Of a DNA stretch of 32,000 nucleotides, positions 12,531-20,878 are shown piece after piece. The translations under genes were made by a program, and so were the position numbers. Source of the DNA: Mycobacterium leprae TN. GTDB lineage: Bacteria; Actinomycetota; Actinomycetes; Mycobacteriales; Mycobacteriaceae. The DNA lies in contig NC_002677.1 of NCBI RefSeq assembly GCF_000195855.1, positions 1 to 32,000 on the forward strand, in the 5' to 3' direction. The stretch's first letter is position 1. Each line of letters begins with the position of its first letter. A model generated the notes under the pieces. The model searched no databases, was not told the DNA's origin, and saw only the letters and a list, made by a program, of their open reading frames with translations.

Positions 12531-14039
12531 GAGGGGTCAGGCGTGATTACATTTTAACCACAATCGCGAGTTAACAGCGCATTGATGGCCATCTAGACCG
12601 CCTCGATATTCCGTCCGTATAGAAGTTATAAGTTGATTCAACATCAGCTCAGCAGGATCCAGGGAAAGCTGCTACGCTCGGACCGCCCGGCACCAGGAGC
12701 TCGTCGACAAACGTTGGCGAGCTGATCGTGTTCGCCTTGCTGCTCTTCAGTGACCTCACCACAAACACGTCGTCTACCAGTGTCAGTCGACCTCGGCATC
12801 CACACCTGCCGATTGTCGGTGACTGCTATTGCGAGCAACTGCCTAATAGTACCAACTATTTTGTGTATCGAAGACAGTTGCCCGATCTACATTCAGACCC
12901 GTAACTTACTCGCGAACAAATCGCTGACCGAGATAGCCCAACACCGTATTCAGTATTATCTGATATTGGGCGCGAATAGACTTCTTCATCAGTTTGTGCT
13001 TGGAGTCGAGCTATATCTGTGTTTACTCCTTCAGCTTTACTGGACTGGTGGCCGGCGTTATAGGCCAACGCGGCGCTGTTTACCTCAAGCTGATTCGCCC
13101 ACGTTCTGATAAGAACGCTTGGTCGGAAAGCCTTGCTTCGTTGTTTGACGACGACCGTCAGGAGTCTTGTACTGTGGTCTGATATTGGATTGCATAACTT
13201 GAGGTTTCTTACCGTTCTAATTGTTGCCATAAGTGTTTTGTCGGACTGATCTCAACTGGATGGTCTTGACCGATACTCTAGGCAAAAGTGTTTCGTCCTG
13301 TAACTTATCCCTGACGAACTGTTTTCTGCAGTTCGGATAGCTCGGTCGCCTTACCTTCTTGACCTTTCTGCCATGATCTGAGGCTAATATCACTGCTTGA
13401 TTTACGAAAGATTGTTGTTAAGATATACTAGTTAATAAGTGCGGCTGACCTCGGTGCTGTGGCAGTGGTCCTTGATGTTTGGCCTGTTGGGAAAATGTTA
13501 ATGGATATACGTGCTGTTTACGCTTCGTTACTGTAGGGCTGAATGCCGTACAAAATCAAAAAATGTATTGGCGAACAACTTATTTAGGTTTAGTAGGTTG
13601 TTTATAGTTAATAATATGCTACAAGCACGGTTGTACTACTAGTGGTGTTTAGTCACCCTACTTGACTGGACAAGGAGAATTTTTTAGCAGGGAAATATAT
13701 TCTTTGTGCAAATTTTCGTTCTGGATGAACTTTTGCCGTAGATAGATCTATTTTAATCTGCTGGAGAGCTTCTCATGAGATTATGTGTGTTCACCGGTAC
13801 CGTAGACGCTGGTGGCGACCATTATATGTTGGTGGTAATGTTGGTCATTATTGTTACGTCTGCCGTTACGACGGCGATATGCGACTTGCTTGGCAGTTTT
13901 TATTACCCACTTAAGCATGTTTTTGCCACGAAATGCGGACGCTTCGTAATTATTTATTTGTCCTAACGGGACACCACCTCGTGATTTGTCTTACCGACAA
14001 TAGTCATTAATCCTCCGTCACGGGTTTGTCGTCACAGAT

Positions 14040-15280
14040 CAACTCTTGTCCGACCCTATCGATCTATGGCTTCCGGTTGCTTACTCATCTATACCAGTAT
14101 TTCCTAATTTTCTTTGGGATTAATTGCAAGATTTCGATCAGGTTATTTGGTATGTGCTAGCAGATTAATTCGTAATTCCGGATATGCATCTTTTGAGCTA
14201 GACTAGGAGAATATATACATACATACATATATATATATATAGATGTAAATCTTCGAACTTGTAATTTAGAGCCGATAAAGTACGGGTCATCTGGCGCAGA
14301 TAGACAGTTGAGTATGCGTGTTGATTGATTTTTTACAACATGAAGTAAGCTGAGGTTAATTTCTGAACCTGATCGGTATTTCTGGTATAAAATTCTTTTT
14401 TACACACGTCTATCACCTAAAAATGCTCTTCTAGTGTGGATGAGTTTCATGTTTGTAAATGGGTCAGTGGATAGCTTGGTTGGGTAATTTCCAGGTCTTG
14501 TGCGGATAAAATTCCTGCGGCACCTGAAATGGAATGCTGGTGAGAGCTTCACGCGGCGTATAGCGACCAGATCCCCCATCTGAGTGAAGTACGAATTCGT
14601 TGAACAGTCTCGTAACCGTGTTTTCGACGAAGTACTTTATTGTGTTAACAACGCTGCCGGTCTTCTAATGGAGACCTGAGAATAGACTTTTCCAAGCCTT
14701 CATTAAGGCTAGCATGCATTGTTTATTACCACTTTATTCATATATAATTATGATTTCATCTGGCTGCTTAATGGAAGCCTGGAATAAATGTTGAAATATT
14801 GTGATTTAAGCCATGTCGAAGGTGTCCTGGGAAGACCTCCACGTGGGTTTTTGTTGGTTGATTATAATTCGAAAGTCCCGTACTCCAATATGGTTCTCAT
14901 CTGTGCAGGAATCGAAAGAAAATCCAGTAACTAATATGTTGATAGTTCGGTTTGAAAAAATTCAGTGTTCGGAGGTGAAATTACACATATAAGAAGGCTA
15001 ATCTTAATTTATTTCCAGACATCGATGCCGTATTTTACCCGGATTTTTCACTGTAGATCTAAAATCATAGCGAAGGGATCTGGTCATTTATCATTTTCAA
15101 CAAAAAGCATCCTAAACCACAACAGTTGGATGATTTAACAAAAGCTGGATCACCAGTTTTTTAGGTCTCATCGATATACACAAGAATCACATTTCTGAAG
15201 GTTATGACCAGACAAGTGCGAAAGTAGCCACTTTCCGTACACAGTTAAAAATTTGTTAACCACAGTTGTTTTTCACATTT
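14040..15280 (-). mobile_element. IS3-family insertion sequence relic (orfA/orfB pseudogenes)
   Basis: Minus-strand translation with one frameshift and several in-frame stops gives NTVTRLFNEFVL, then LPNQ (14476-14487), then TDPFTNMKLIHTRRAFLGD (AFLGD at 14412-14426), then RRV*KRILYQKYRS, then FIGSKLQVRRF (14247-14279), then IRNYEL. These line up in order and spacing with IS3-family OrfB motifs, using IS6110 as recalled: TVERLM, PNRLW, DLTYV...AFVTD, ARRILGWRVAS, DRGSQYTSIRF, YDNALAE. The first-D to second-D spacing is 45 versus 47 residues. Upstream, SGHNLQKCDSCVYR followed by TGA resembles the OrfA HTH that ends in YRW. Confidence 0.5.
14211..14241. repeat. Compound microsatellite (AT)3A-(CATA)3-(TA)7
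   Basis: atatatacatacatacatatatatatatata, read directly from the sequence. It lies inside the transposase relic. Confidence 0.9.
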
Positions 15281-15318
15281 GATCCTAGATATAATTTTTC
15301 ACTTTATAGTATAATTAA

Positions 15319-15366
15319 CCTTTGCAAGACAGGTGTCAAAGATGCGATTTCCTTAGGTTCTACAAA
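15319..15366 (+). repeat. Degenerate direct repeat of the tRNA-Ala 3' half (anticodon loop to 3' end): att-type pseudo-tRNA fragment
   Basis: Ungapped alignment of 15319-15366 (cctttgcaagacaggtgtcaaagatgcgatttccttaggttctacaaa) with 12433-12480 (cctttgcaaggcagatgtcaggggttcgattcccctaggctccacaaa) gives 38/48 identities. Eight of the 10 mismatches are G-to-A or C-to-T in the distal copy. Confidence 0.8.
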
Positions 15367-15422
15367 ATCTTGAAACCTGCTACGGACGCTTGACAAGAAC
15401 GAATGTTCACTTACAGCCATAG

Positions 15423-15831
15423 CTATACGTCGAAGCTGGCTGGGCGAGGTGACAGCTCCGAACGCAATGAGCACCAGATAGTGCTAAAAACCATTTCAAC
15501 ACCGGCCAGGACTGACTATGCTGATCGTACCGATCATACAAGGGTAGCTTGGTGTTGCGGTCGGTGTTCTTGTCGCAACACCTGCGGCAGGTTTGCGACT
15601 ACTGCCTGCGCGGCTGCCAGCTCCTAGGTGACTGTTTCCTGGATGGAAGCAAAGTATGGAAGCAAAGTTTGGAAGCTAGTCCGCCTTCCTTGAGCTTGAG
15701 GCGGTCGACCGCAAGGTAATGAGACTTAAAGTCCAACAGTGCCTTGTGTGACATCTACCAGTCCCAGTGGCCGAGTAGGTCAGGCCTTGGGTCAGTAGTT
15801 CTCGAGAGGTTAGCCGCGTTTCCGTCTACAC
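15423..15831 (-). pseudogene. cwsA: cwsA (Rv0008c-like) pseudogene
   Basis: Minus-strand translation gives V*TETRLTSRELLTQGLTYSATG, then a frameshift, then LVDVTQGTVGL*, then LAVDRLKLKEGGLA, then IQETVT*ELAAAQAVVANLPQVLRQEH..TLV*, and finally VLAG..SPRPASFDV*. This follows M. tuberculosis CwsA as I recall it (VETRLTPRERLTRGLAYSAVGPVDVTRGLLELG...QETLAQELTAAQDVVANLPQALQDAR...SPRPPSVEV). It contains at least four in-frame stops and at least one frameshift. Confidence 0.7.
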
Positions 15832-15992
15832 GTTTATCCACCGCTTTTCTTTGCCTCTTACGAATCGATACCTCTCCCAGCCTGCCATCACCTAAAAACG
15901 CCCATAGTTCTATTACATGCACACTGGTCGTATAGCGCTGCGACAATAGCTAGGTTTCATGTGACACCGGATGTGAACGTACTGGTGAGTTA

Positions 15993-16541
15993 ATGGCACA
16001 CTGTGATTTTGTGACCAACAGCCTTATTCAGAATGCCACTGCCACGTTACACACCAACCGCGGCGACATCAAAGTCGCCCTGTTCGGAAACCACGTGCCC
16101 AAGACTGTCGCCAACTTCGTTGGGCTGGCGCAAGGCACCAAGGAGTACTCGACGCAAAACGCGTCAGGTGGTCCTTCCGGCCCGTTCTACGATGGGGCGG
16201 TTTTTCATCGGGTGATTCAAGGCTTCATGATTCAGGGTGGGGATCCAACCGGGACAGGTCGTGGCGGCCCAGGCTATAAGTTCGCCGATGAATTCCACCC
16301 TGAGCTTCAGTTCGACAAACCCTACCTGCTAGCGATGGCCAATGCGGGCCCGGGTACTAACGGTTCTCAGTTCTTCATCACCGTAGGCGAGACTCCACAC
16401 CTGAATCGGCGACACACGATCTTTGGCGAAGTGACCGACCCTGACTCGCAGAAGGTCGTCGATGCGATTTCGACGACAGCTACCGATGGCAACGACCGGC
16501 CTACCGAACCGGTTGTGATTGACTCGATCACAATTTCTTAG
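15993..16541 (+). CDS. ppiA: Peptidyl-prolyl cis-trans isomerase A (cyclophilin)
   Basis: 182-aa ORF with cyclophilin signatures [33 protein letters not shown] and HTIFGEV. Confidence 0.95.
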   Translation: MAHCDFVTNSLIQNATATLHTNRGDIKVALFGNHVPKTVANFVGLAQGTKEYSTQNASGGPSGPFYDGAVFHRVIQGFMIQGGDPTGTGRGGPGYKFADEFHPELQFDKPYLLAMANAGPGTNGSQFFITVGETPHLNRRHTIFGEVTDPDSQKVVDAISTTATDGNDRPTEPVVIDSITIS

Positions 16542-16565
16542 GTGCTGCGTGTCGCTTAACGTTTT

Positions 16566-16979
16566 TCAGCCAGCGTAGCCGGCGGTGATGAGCGCGTCGA
16601 GCACCTCCAGTGGCCCGGTTCCGAGGTCCCAACGGGACAAGATCACTAAGTCTCCGTTGATGGCTTCGATCTCGAGTAATCGGACTTTGCGGCCAAACCG
16701 GCGGAATTCAGTGATCCGAATGATCTTGATGTCAGCGGGTCCGAATAACCGTGTTCGAAACCAGCCCTGGACTGCTAGACCGTCGGGGTTAATTGCCAAC
16801 TTTGGGCGTGCACGCCACGACAATCCCGCAAACAAGATCAGACCCAGTGCAGCAATCCCGGTCAGCATGAACCCTGGCGTATCTATGTCTAACGTCGAAC
16901 ATGCAATAGCTATCACAATGCCGGCACCACCACAACCAGCGATTCTCGCTGTGCGCGGTCCCCATGCTGTTTGCTGCAT
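16566..16979 (-). CDS. Conserved membrane protein (Rv0010c-like, PH-domain type)
   Basis: 137-aa ORF starting MQQTAWGPRTARIAGCG. It has two hydrophobic helices followed by a RWDLGTGPLEVLDALITAGYAG tail. It is convergent with ppiA, as in other mycobacteria. Confidence 0.85.
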   Translation of the reverse strand: MQQTAWGPRTARIAGCGGAGIVIAIACSTLDIDTPGFMLTGIAALGLILFAGLSWRARPKLAINPDGLAVQGWFRTRLFGPADIKIIRITEFRRFGRKVRLLEIEAINGDLVILSRWDLGTGPLEVLDALITAGYAG

Positions 16980-17133
16980 ACGGTATTCAGCCCCTCACCA
17001 CTGCCGATGCAGTTATCCACAAACTTTATCAACAGTGGGGATAAATCACACGAGTGTGATTGAGTAATCGCAAAGTTGTTGACTTAATCAAAGGTTGACG
17101 GCAACATAAATTCATCACGTCTGGCAGGGTTTG

Positions 17134-17415
17134 CTAATGCCAACGCATCGTGAGCAGCAAACCGGTGATCATGAACGCGAACGCGATCGCATAGTTCCAT
17201 GGGCCGAGTTGGGCCATCCAGTGTAACGCTGTCGGGGCCTGGGTGCCCAGCGCTGCCAACTGAAACACCATTAGCCAGACGAGGCCGATCAGCATCAGGC
17301 CGACGAACAATGTAACGAACCACACACTGGACGGTCCGACCTTCACCTTGACCGGTGTGCGGCTCACCGAGGTGATGGTGAAATCGTTCTTCTTGCGGAC
17401 CTTGGACTTAGGCAT
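17134..17415 (-). CDS. crgA: Cell division protein CrgA
   Basis: [34 protein letters not shown]... with two TM helices, ending LLLTMRWH. I chose the ATG at 17413-17415 (GAGG lies 5 nt upstream) rather than the longest ORF start at 17448, because it gives the conserved 93-aa CrgA. Confidence 0.92.
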   Translation of the reverse strand: MPKSKVRKKNDFTITSVSRTPVKVKVGPSSVWFVTLFVGLMLIGLVWLMVFQLAALGTQAPTALHWMAQLGPWNYAIAFAFMITGLLLTMRWH

Positions 17416-17521
17416 CTTTACCTCGGGGTTAACGGGGTGCAACGACAACGATGGCAGCTTTGACGCGTAGTTTGCTACGAGCCTAACTCACTTGTTGCTA
17501 TGACCAAGCAACGGAGAGTAG

Positions 17522-18286
17522 ATGCTTGATAAGCATCGCTTACCGTGGCGTTTCGGTGTTCCATTGGTCTGCGTGCTGGCCAGATTGCTGCTAGCCGCGA
17601 CGCACAGAGTTTTGGGGGCGCCGATATCCGCCACAGCGATGCCCCGCGTCTGGGTATGGATCTTGGTCCGTGCAGCGCAGTCGTCAGTGAGCCGCCTGAG
17701 CAGCGAACGGGATGCGTTGGCTAGCAAGATCGACGGGGTGCACAATCGGGACTTCCGATGCTGCATTTAGCGGCGATGCTACGACGGTCGAGTGAGCTGG
17801 CCGGGGAGGCGAGTATAGATCCGGGCGCACAGGCCGGGTCTGGTGGTCACCCTCGAGGACGCGTAACGTTGACGCCAACGACCGCTTACCACGCGGATGC
17901 TTCTCCTGATGACTTTGGTGGTGTATTGGTGGTGTATTAGCAGGATGTCCGGATCGTACTGAACGCTATGTGGAGTACAGGAGCGGAAGCGATCTAGATA
18001 GCAGACCAGCGCCTCATCGCGACCTCGGTGGTAAGGTTCCGTCGGAAACACCTTGCTGATCAACTGGCGTACTCACAGCCCGCCCTATATGGTCACCGCG
18101 ATCGATAATACCGCAGCGATACAAGCGGCCCTAGCCGCTGTTACCCTAGTGACCCTCTACGAACAGTATGTTGTCCGATTCGGACTCGACTATCGCGAGG
18201 AGATCGAGCCGAACGTGCAGATCAGCGGCTATTCCGATCCGGCCGGGACGCACTTTGCACAACTCATAGCACCACTTGGGCACTGA
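17522..18286 (+). pseudogene. DUF881 membrane protein (Rv0012-like) pseudogene
   Basis: Three frame-shifted pieces read in order. Piece 1 is RLPWRFGVPLVCVLARLLLAATH...SSERDALASKIDGVH (frame of 17522). Piece 2 is LAAMLRRSSELAG...DASPDDF (frame of 17758). Piece 3 is QDVRIVLNAMWSTGAEAI*IADQRLIA, followed by HSPPYMVTAIDNTAAIQAALAAVTLVTLYEQYVVRFGL (frame of 18053). At least two frameshifts and one in-frame TAG are present. Confidence 0.75.
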
Positions 18287-18324
18287 GCCGGATCCCAAAC
18301 TGAGTCGGACGGTAGCCTGACACA

Positions 18325-19023
18325 ATGCGGATCTTGGTCATTGACAACTATGACAGCTTTGTGTTCAACCTGGTACAGTATCTCGGGCAGCTCGGAGTAG
18401 ACGCTGAGGTGTGGCGCAACGACGATACCCGATTATCCGACGAATCCACTATCGCTGCACAGTTCGACGGTATCCTGCTTAGTCCAGGTCCTGGCACTCC
18501 GGAACGTGCGGGGGCGTCGATCAATCTGGTCCGGGTGTGCGCCGCGGCGCACACCCCATTGCTAGGAGTCTGCCTGGGCCACCAGGCTATTGGCGTATCG
18601 TTCGGCGCCACCGTGGACCGCGCTCCCGAGTTGTTACACGGCAAGACCAGCAGTGTATTTCATACGAATAACGGTGTGCTACAAGGACTTCCAAATCCAT
18701 TCACGGCTACCCGATATCATTCATTAACTATCTTGCCGGAGTCACTTCCGCCGGTATTGGAGGTCGTCGCGCGCACACGTAGCGGTGTGATCATGGCGGT
18801 GCGTCACACCGAGTTGCCGATCCACGGTGTCCAGTTCCACCCGGAGTCGATCTTGACCGAGGGTGGGCATAGACTGTTGGCTAATTGGCTGACCTATTGC
18901 GGATGGTTGTGTGACGACGCACTGATCCGCCGACTTGAGAATGAGGTCGATGCTGCGGTCCATCCGCGTCTACCGGTGGCCGCGGAGCGCACCGCTGCTG
19001 CTATTGCCCGAACTTTAGCGTGA
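18325..19023 (+). CDS. trpG: Glutamine amidotransferase, anthranilate/para-aminobenzoate synthase component II
   Basis: 232-aa class I GATase. It has MRILVIDNYDSFVFNLVQYLG, the nucleophile motif LGVCLGHQAIG, and the catalytic HPES. Confidence 0.93.
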   Translation: MRILVIDNYDSFVFNLVQYLGQLGVDAEVWRNDDTRLSDESTIAAQFDGILLSPGPGTPERAGASINLVRVCAAAHTPLLGVCLGHQAIGVSFGATVDRAPELLHGKTSSVFHTNNGVLQGLPNPFTATRYHSLTILPESLPPVLEVVARTRSGVIMAVRHTELPIHGVQFHPESILTEGGHRLLANWLTYCGWLCDDALIRRLENEVDAAVHPRLPVAAERTAAAIARTLA

Positions 19024-20869
19024 TGATTCCGTCCCGGTTTACTCCGGCACCTGCTGGCGGGTTTTGATATGCCACCCGGTTGTGCTGGGAGCCACCAGCA
19101 TCCACATCGGGGCCTTTATCCAGCACCCCGGTCCAGCCTAATGCGCGTAACCGCGGCTCGGCGTCGGCCCAGAACATACCGGACAAGTCAGGCATCACGA
19201 ATTGGTTGCCCTTGGACACCTGCAATTCAATGACCGAGTCCACTGGAACCGTCGCGTCCTTGGGCGGATTGGTACCAATCACCTCACCGGTTGGGCGGGG
19301 ACTATCCACCGACGCTTGGCTGAACTTAGTGAAGCCGTAGACGTTCAGATTTTTCTGCGCAATTTCGACGATCTGACCAGTGACGTCAGGGATTTGCTTA
19401 GTCTCTGGTCCGGAGCCGACGATGATGGTGATGACGTTGGTGATCGCCGAGGTCTGGTTGGCTGATGGGTTCGTACCGATAACCTTGCCCAATAATTCCG
19501 GCGTCGACGGTGAGTTTGCCTGCTTAAAGCTTTTGAATCCGGAGGAAGTCAGCTTCTTAACCGCGTCGGTGTAATTGAGCGAGGAGACGTCTGGCACTTC
19601 GCGTTGCTCAGGTCCGGTAGAGACGTTAATCGTGATTTCGTCGCCCGCACCCACCGAGGCGTTGGCCCCGGGTTCGGTACTGATGACATGGTCAGGCGGG
19701 ATCGTCGAGTCCGGTTTTTGCAGGGTGCGGGTTTTGAAGCCCCGGTTTTGCAGTGCGGAGATAGCATCGGCGGATACTTGGCCGCGTACGTCAGGCACCT
19801 GGACGTCGCGGGTATTGCCACCGAATGTATTGAAAGCAGCGACGATGGCGATCGTCAGGACTGCCAACACGGCGACTACGGCAACCCAGCGTCCAATCGA
19901 ACCATCGCTCTCGGTTTCATCTAGAGACTGGCGAGATAGCGCGTCGGTACGCGGAACGCCAAAGTTGCCAGCCCCGGACGACAGCAGACAGCTTCGATCG
20001 GCGTCAGTGAGCACCTTGGGCGCCTCAGGTGGTTGACCACTGTGCACCCGGATCAAATCGGCGCGCATCTCCGCCGCTGTCTGATAGCGGTTTTCCGGAT
20101 TCTTGGCCAGCGCTTTAAGAACGACGGCATCGAGGTCGACGGAGATGCCCTCATGCCGCTGCGACGGTGGAATTGGGTCCTCGCGAACATGCTGGTAGGC
20201 CACCGAGACCGGCGAGTCACCGATGAAAGGTGGTTCACCAGTGAGGATTTCGTAAAGCACACAACCTAACGAATAGACATCTGACCGAGCGTCGACGGAA
20301 TCGCCACGGGCCTGTTCGGGAGACAGATATTGGGCGGTGCCGATCACGGCTGCGGTCTGGGTGACGCTGGTACTGTCGGCAATCGCGCGTGCGATACCGA
20401 AGTCCATCACCTTTACCGCATTGGTGGCGCTGATCATGATGTTGGCTGGTTTGACGTCGCGATGAATGATGCCGTTCTGGTGGCTGAAGTTCAGTGCTTG
20501 GCACGCATCGGCGACAATCTCGATTGCTTGTTGGGGTGGCATCGGGCCATCCGTGTGCACGATATCGCGTAACGTTGCGCCGTCGACGTACTCCATGACG
20601 ATGTAGGGCAGCGGACCAGCGGACGTTTCTGCCTCGCCGGTGTCGTAGACCGCCACAATGGACGGGTGGTTTAGCGCCGCGGCATTTTGGGCCTCCCGTC
20701 GGAAGCGCAGGTAGAAACTAGGGTCGCGGGCCAGATCAGCACGCAGCACCTTGACTGCGACGTCGCGGTGCAAGCGAATGTCGCGGGCCAGGTGAACTTC
20801 GGACATGCCTCCAAAACCGAGGATGTCGCCCAGCTCGTAGCGATCAGACAAATGTGGTGGGGTGGTCAT
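19001..20869 (-). CDS. pknB: Ser/Thr protein kinase PknB with four PASTA repeats
   Basis: 622-aa ORF. The Hanks kinase domain shows GFGGMSEVHLA, HRDVKPANI, DFGIA and SPEQA. A TM segment (WVAVVAVLAVLTIAIVAAF) follows, then four repeats of PDVxG...(PASTA). Confidence 0.96.
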   Translation of the reverse strand: MTTPPHLSDRYELGDILGFGGMSEVHLARDIRLHRDVAVKVLRADLARDPSFYLRFRREAQNAAALNHPSIVAVYDTGEAETSAGPLPYIVMEYVDGATLRDIVHTDGPMPPQQAIEIVADACQALNFSHQNGIIHRDVKPANIMISATNAVKVMDFGIARAIADSTSVTQTAAVIGTAQYLSPEQARGDSVDARSDVYSLGCVLYEILTGEPPFIGDSPVSVAYQHVREDPIPPSQRHEGISVDLDAVVLKALAKNPENRYQTAAEMRADLIRVHSGQPPEAPKVLTDADRSCLLSSGAGNFGVPRTDALSRQSLDETESDGSIGRWVAVVAVLAVLTIAIVAAFNTFGGNTRDVQVPDVRGQVSADAISALQNRGFKTRTLQKPDSTIPPDHVISTEPGANASVGAGDEITINVSTGPEQREVPDVSSLNYTDAVKKLTSSGFKSFKQANSPSTPELLGKVIGTNPSANQTSAITNVITIIVGSGPETKQIPDVTGQIVEIAQKNLNVYGFTKFSQASVDSPRPTGEVIGTNPPKDATVPVDSVIELQVSKGNQFVMPDLSGMFWADAEPRLRALGWTGVLDKGPDVDAGGSQHNRVAYQNPPAGAGVNRDGIITLKFGQ

Positions 20870-20878
20870 TGTGGTGTC

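Larger units (their letters stand above)
12481..15318. mobile_element. Decayed integrative element (genomic island relic) inserted at the 3' half of tRNA-Ala
   Basis: The block is bounded on the left by tRNA-Ala and on the right by a 48-bp degenerate direct copy of tRNA-Ala positions 12433-12480. The interior is ORF-poor and much more AT-rich than the flanks. It contains an IS3-like transposase relic. The next conserved gene (the cwsA relic) resumes immediately after the right repeat. Confidence 0.6.

Noticed and set aside
13775-13966. 63-aa ORF, the only listed ORF in the AT-rich core
   Set aside because: It has no RBS and no motifs, and the opposite strand is also open over the same stretch. 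It is probably chance or an unrecognisable relic.
13987-15331. Putative TGTCTT... terminal inverted repeats for the IS3-like relic (13987-14007 versus the reverse complement of 15311-15331)
   Set aside because: Only about 13/21 positions match. The right-hand copy is simply the start of the tRNA-Ala-derived direct repeat (cctttgcaagaca), so the resemblance is most likely coincidental.
17013-17021. Isolated perfect TTATCCACA DnaA box downstream of crgA
   Set aside because: A single 9-mer is reasonably likely to occur by chance in 32 kb on two strands. There is no clustering and no AT-rich partner.
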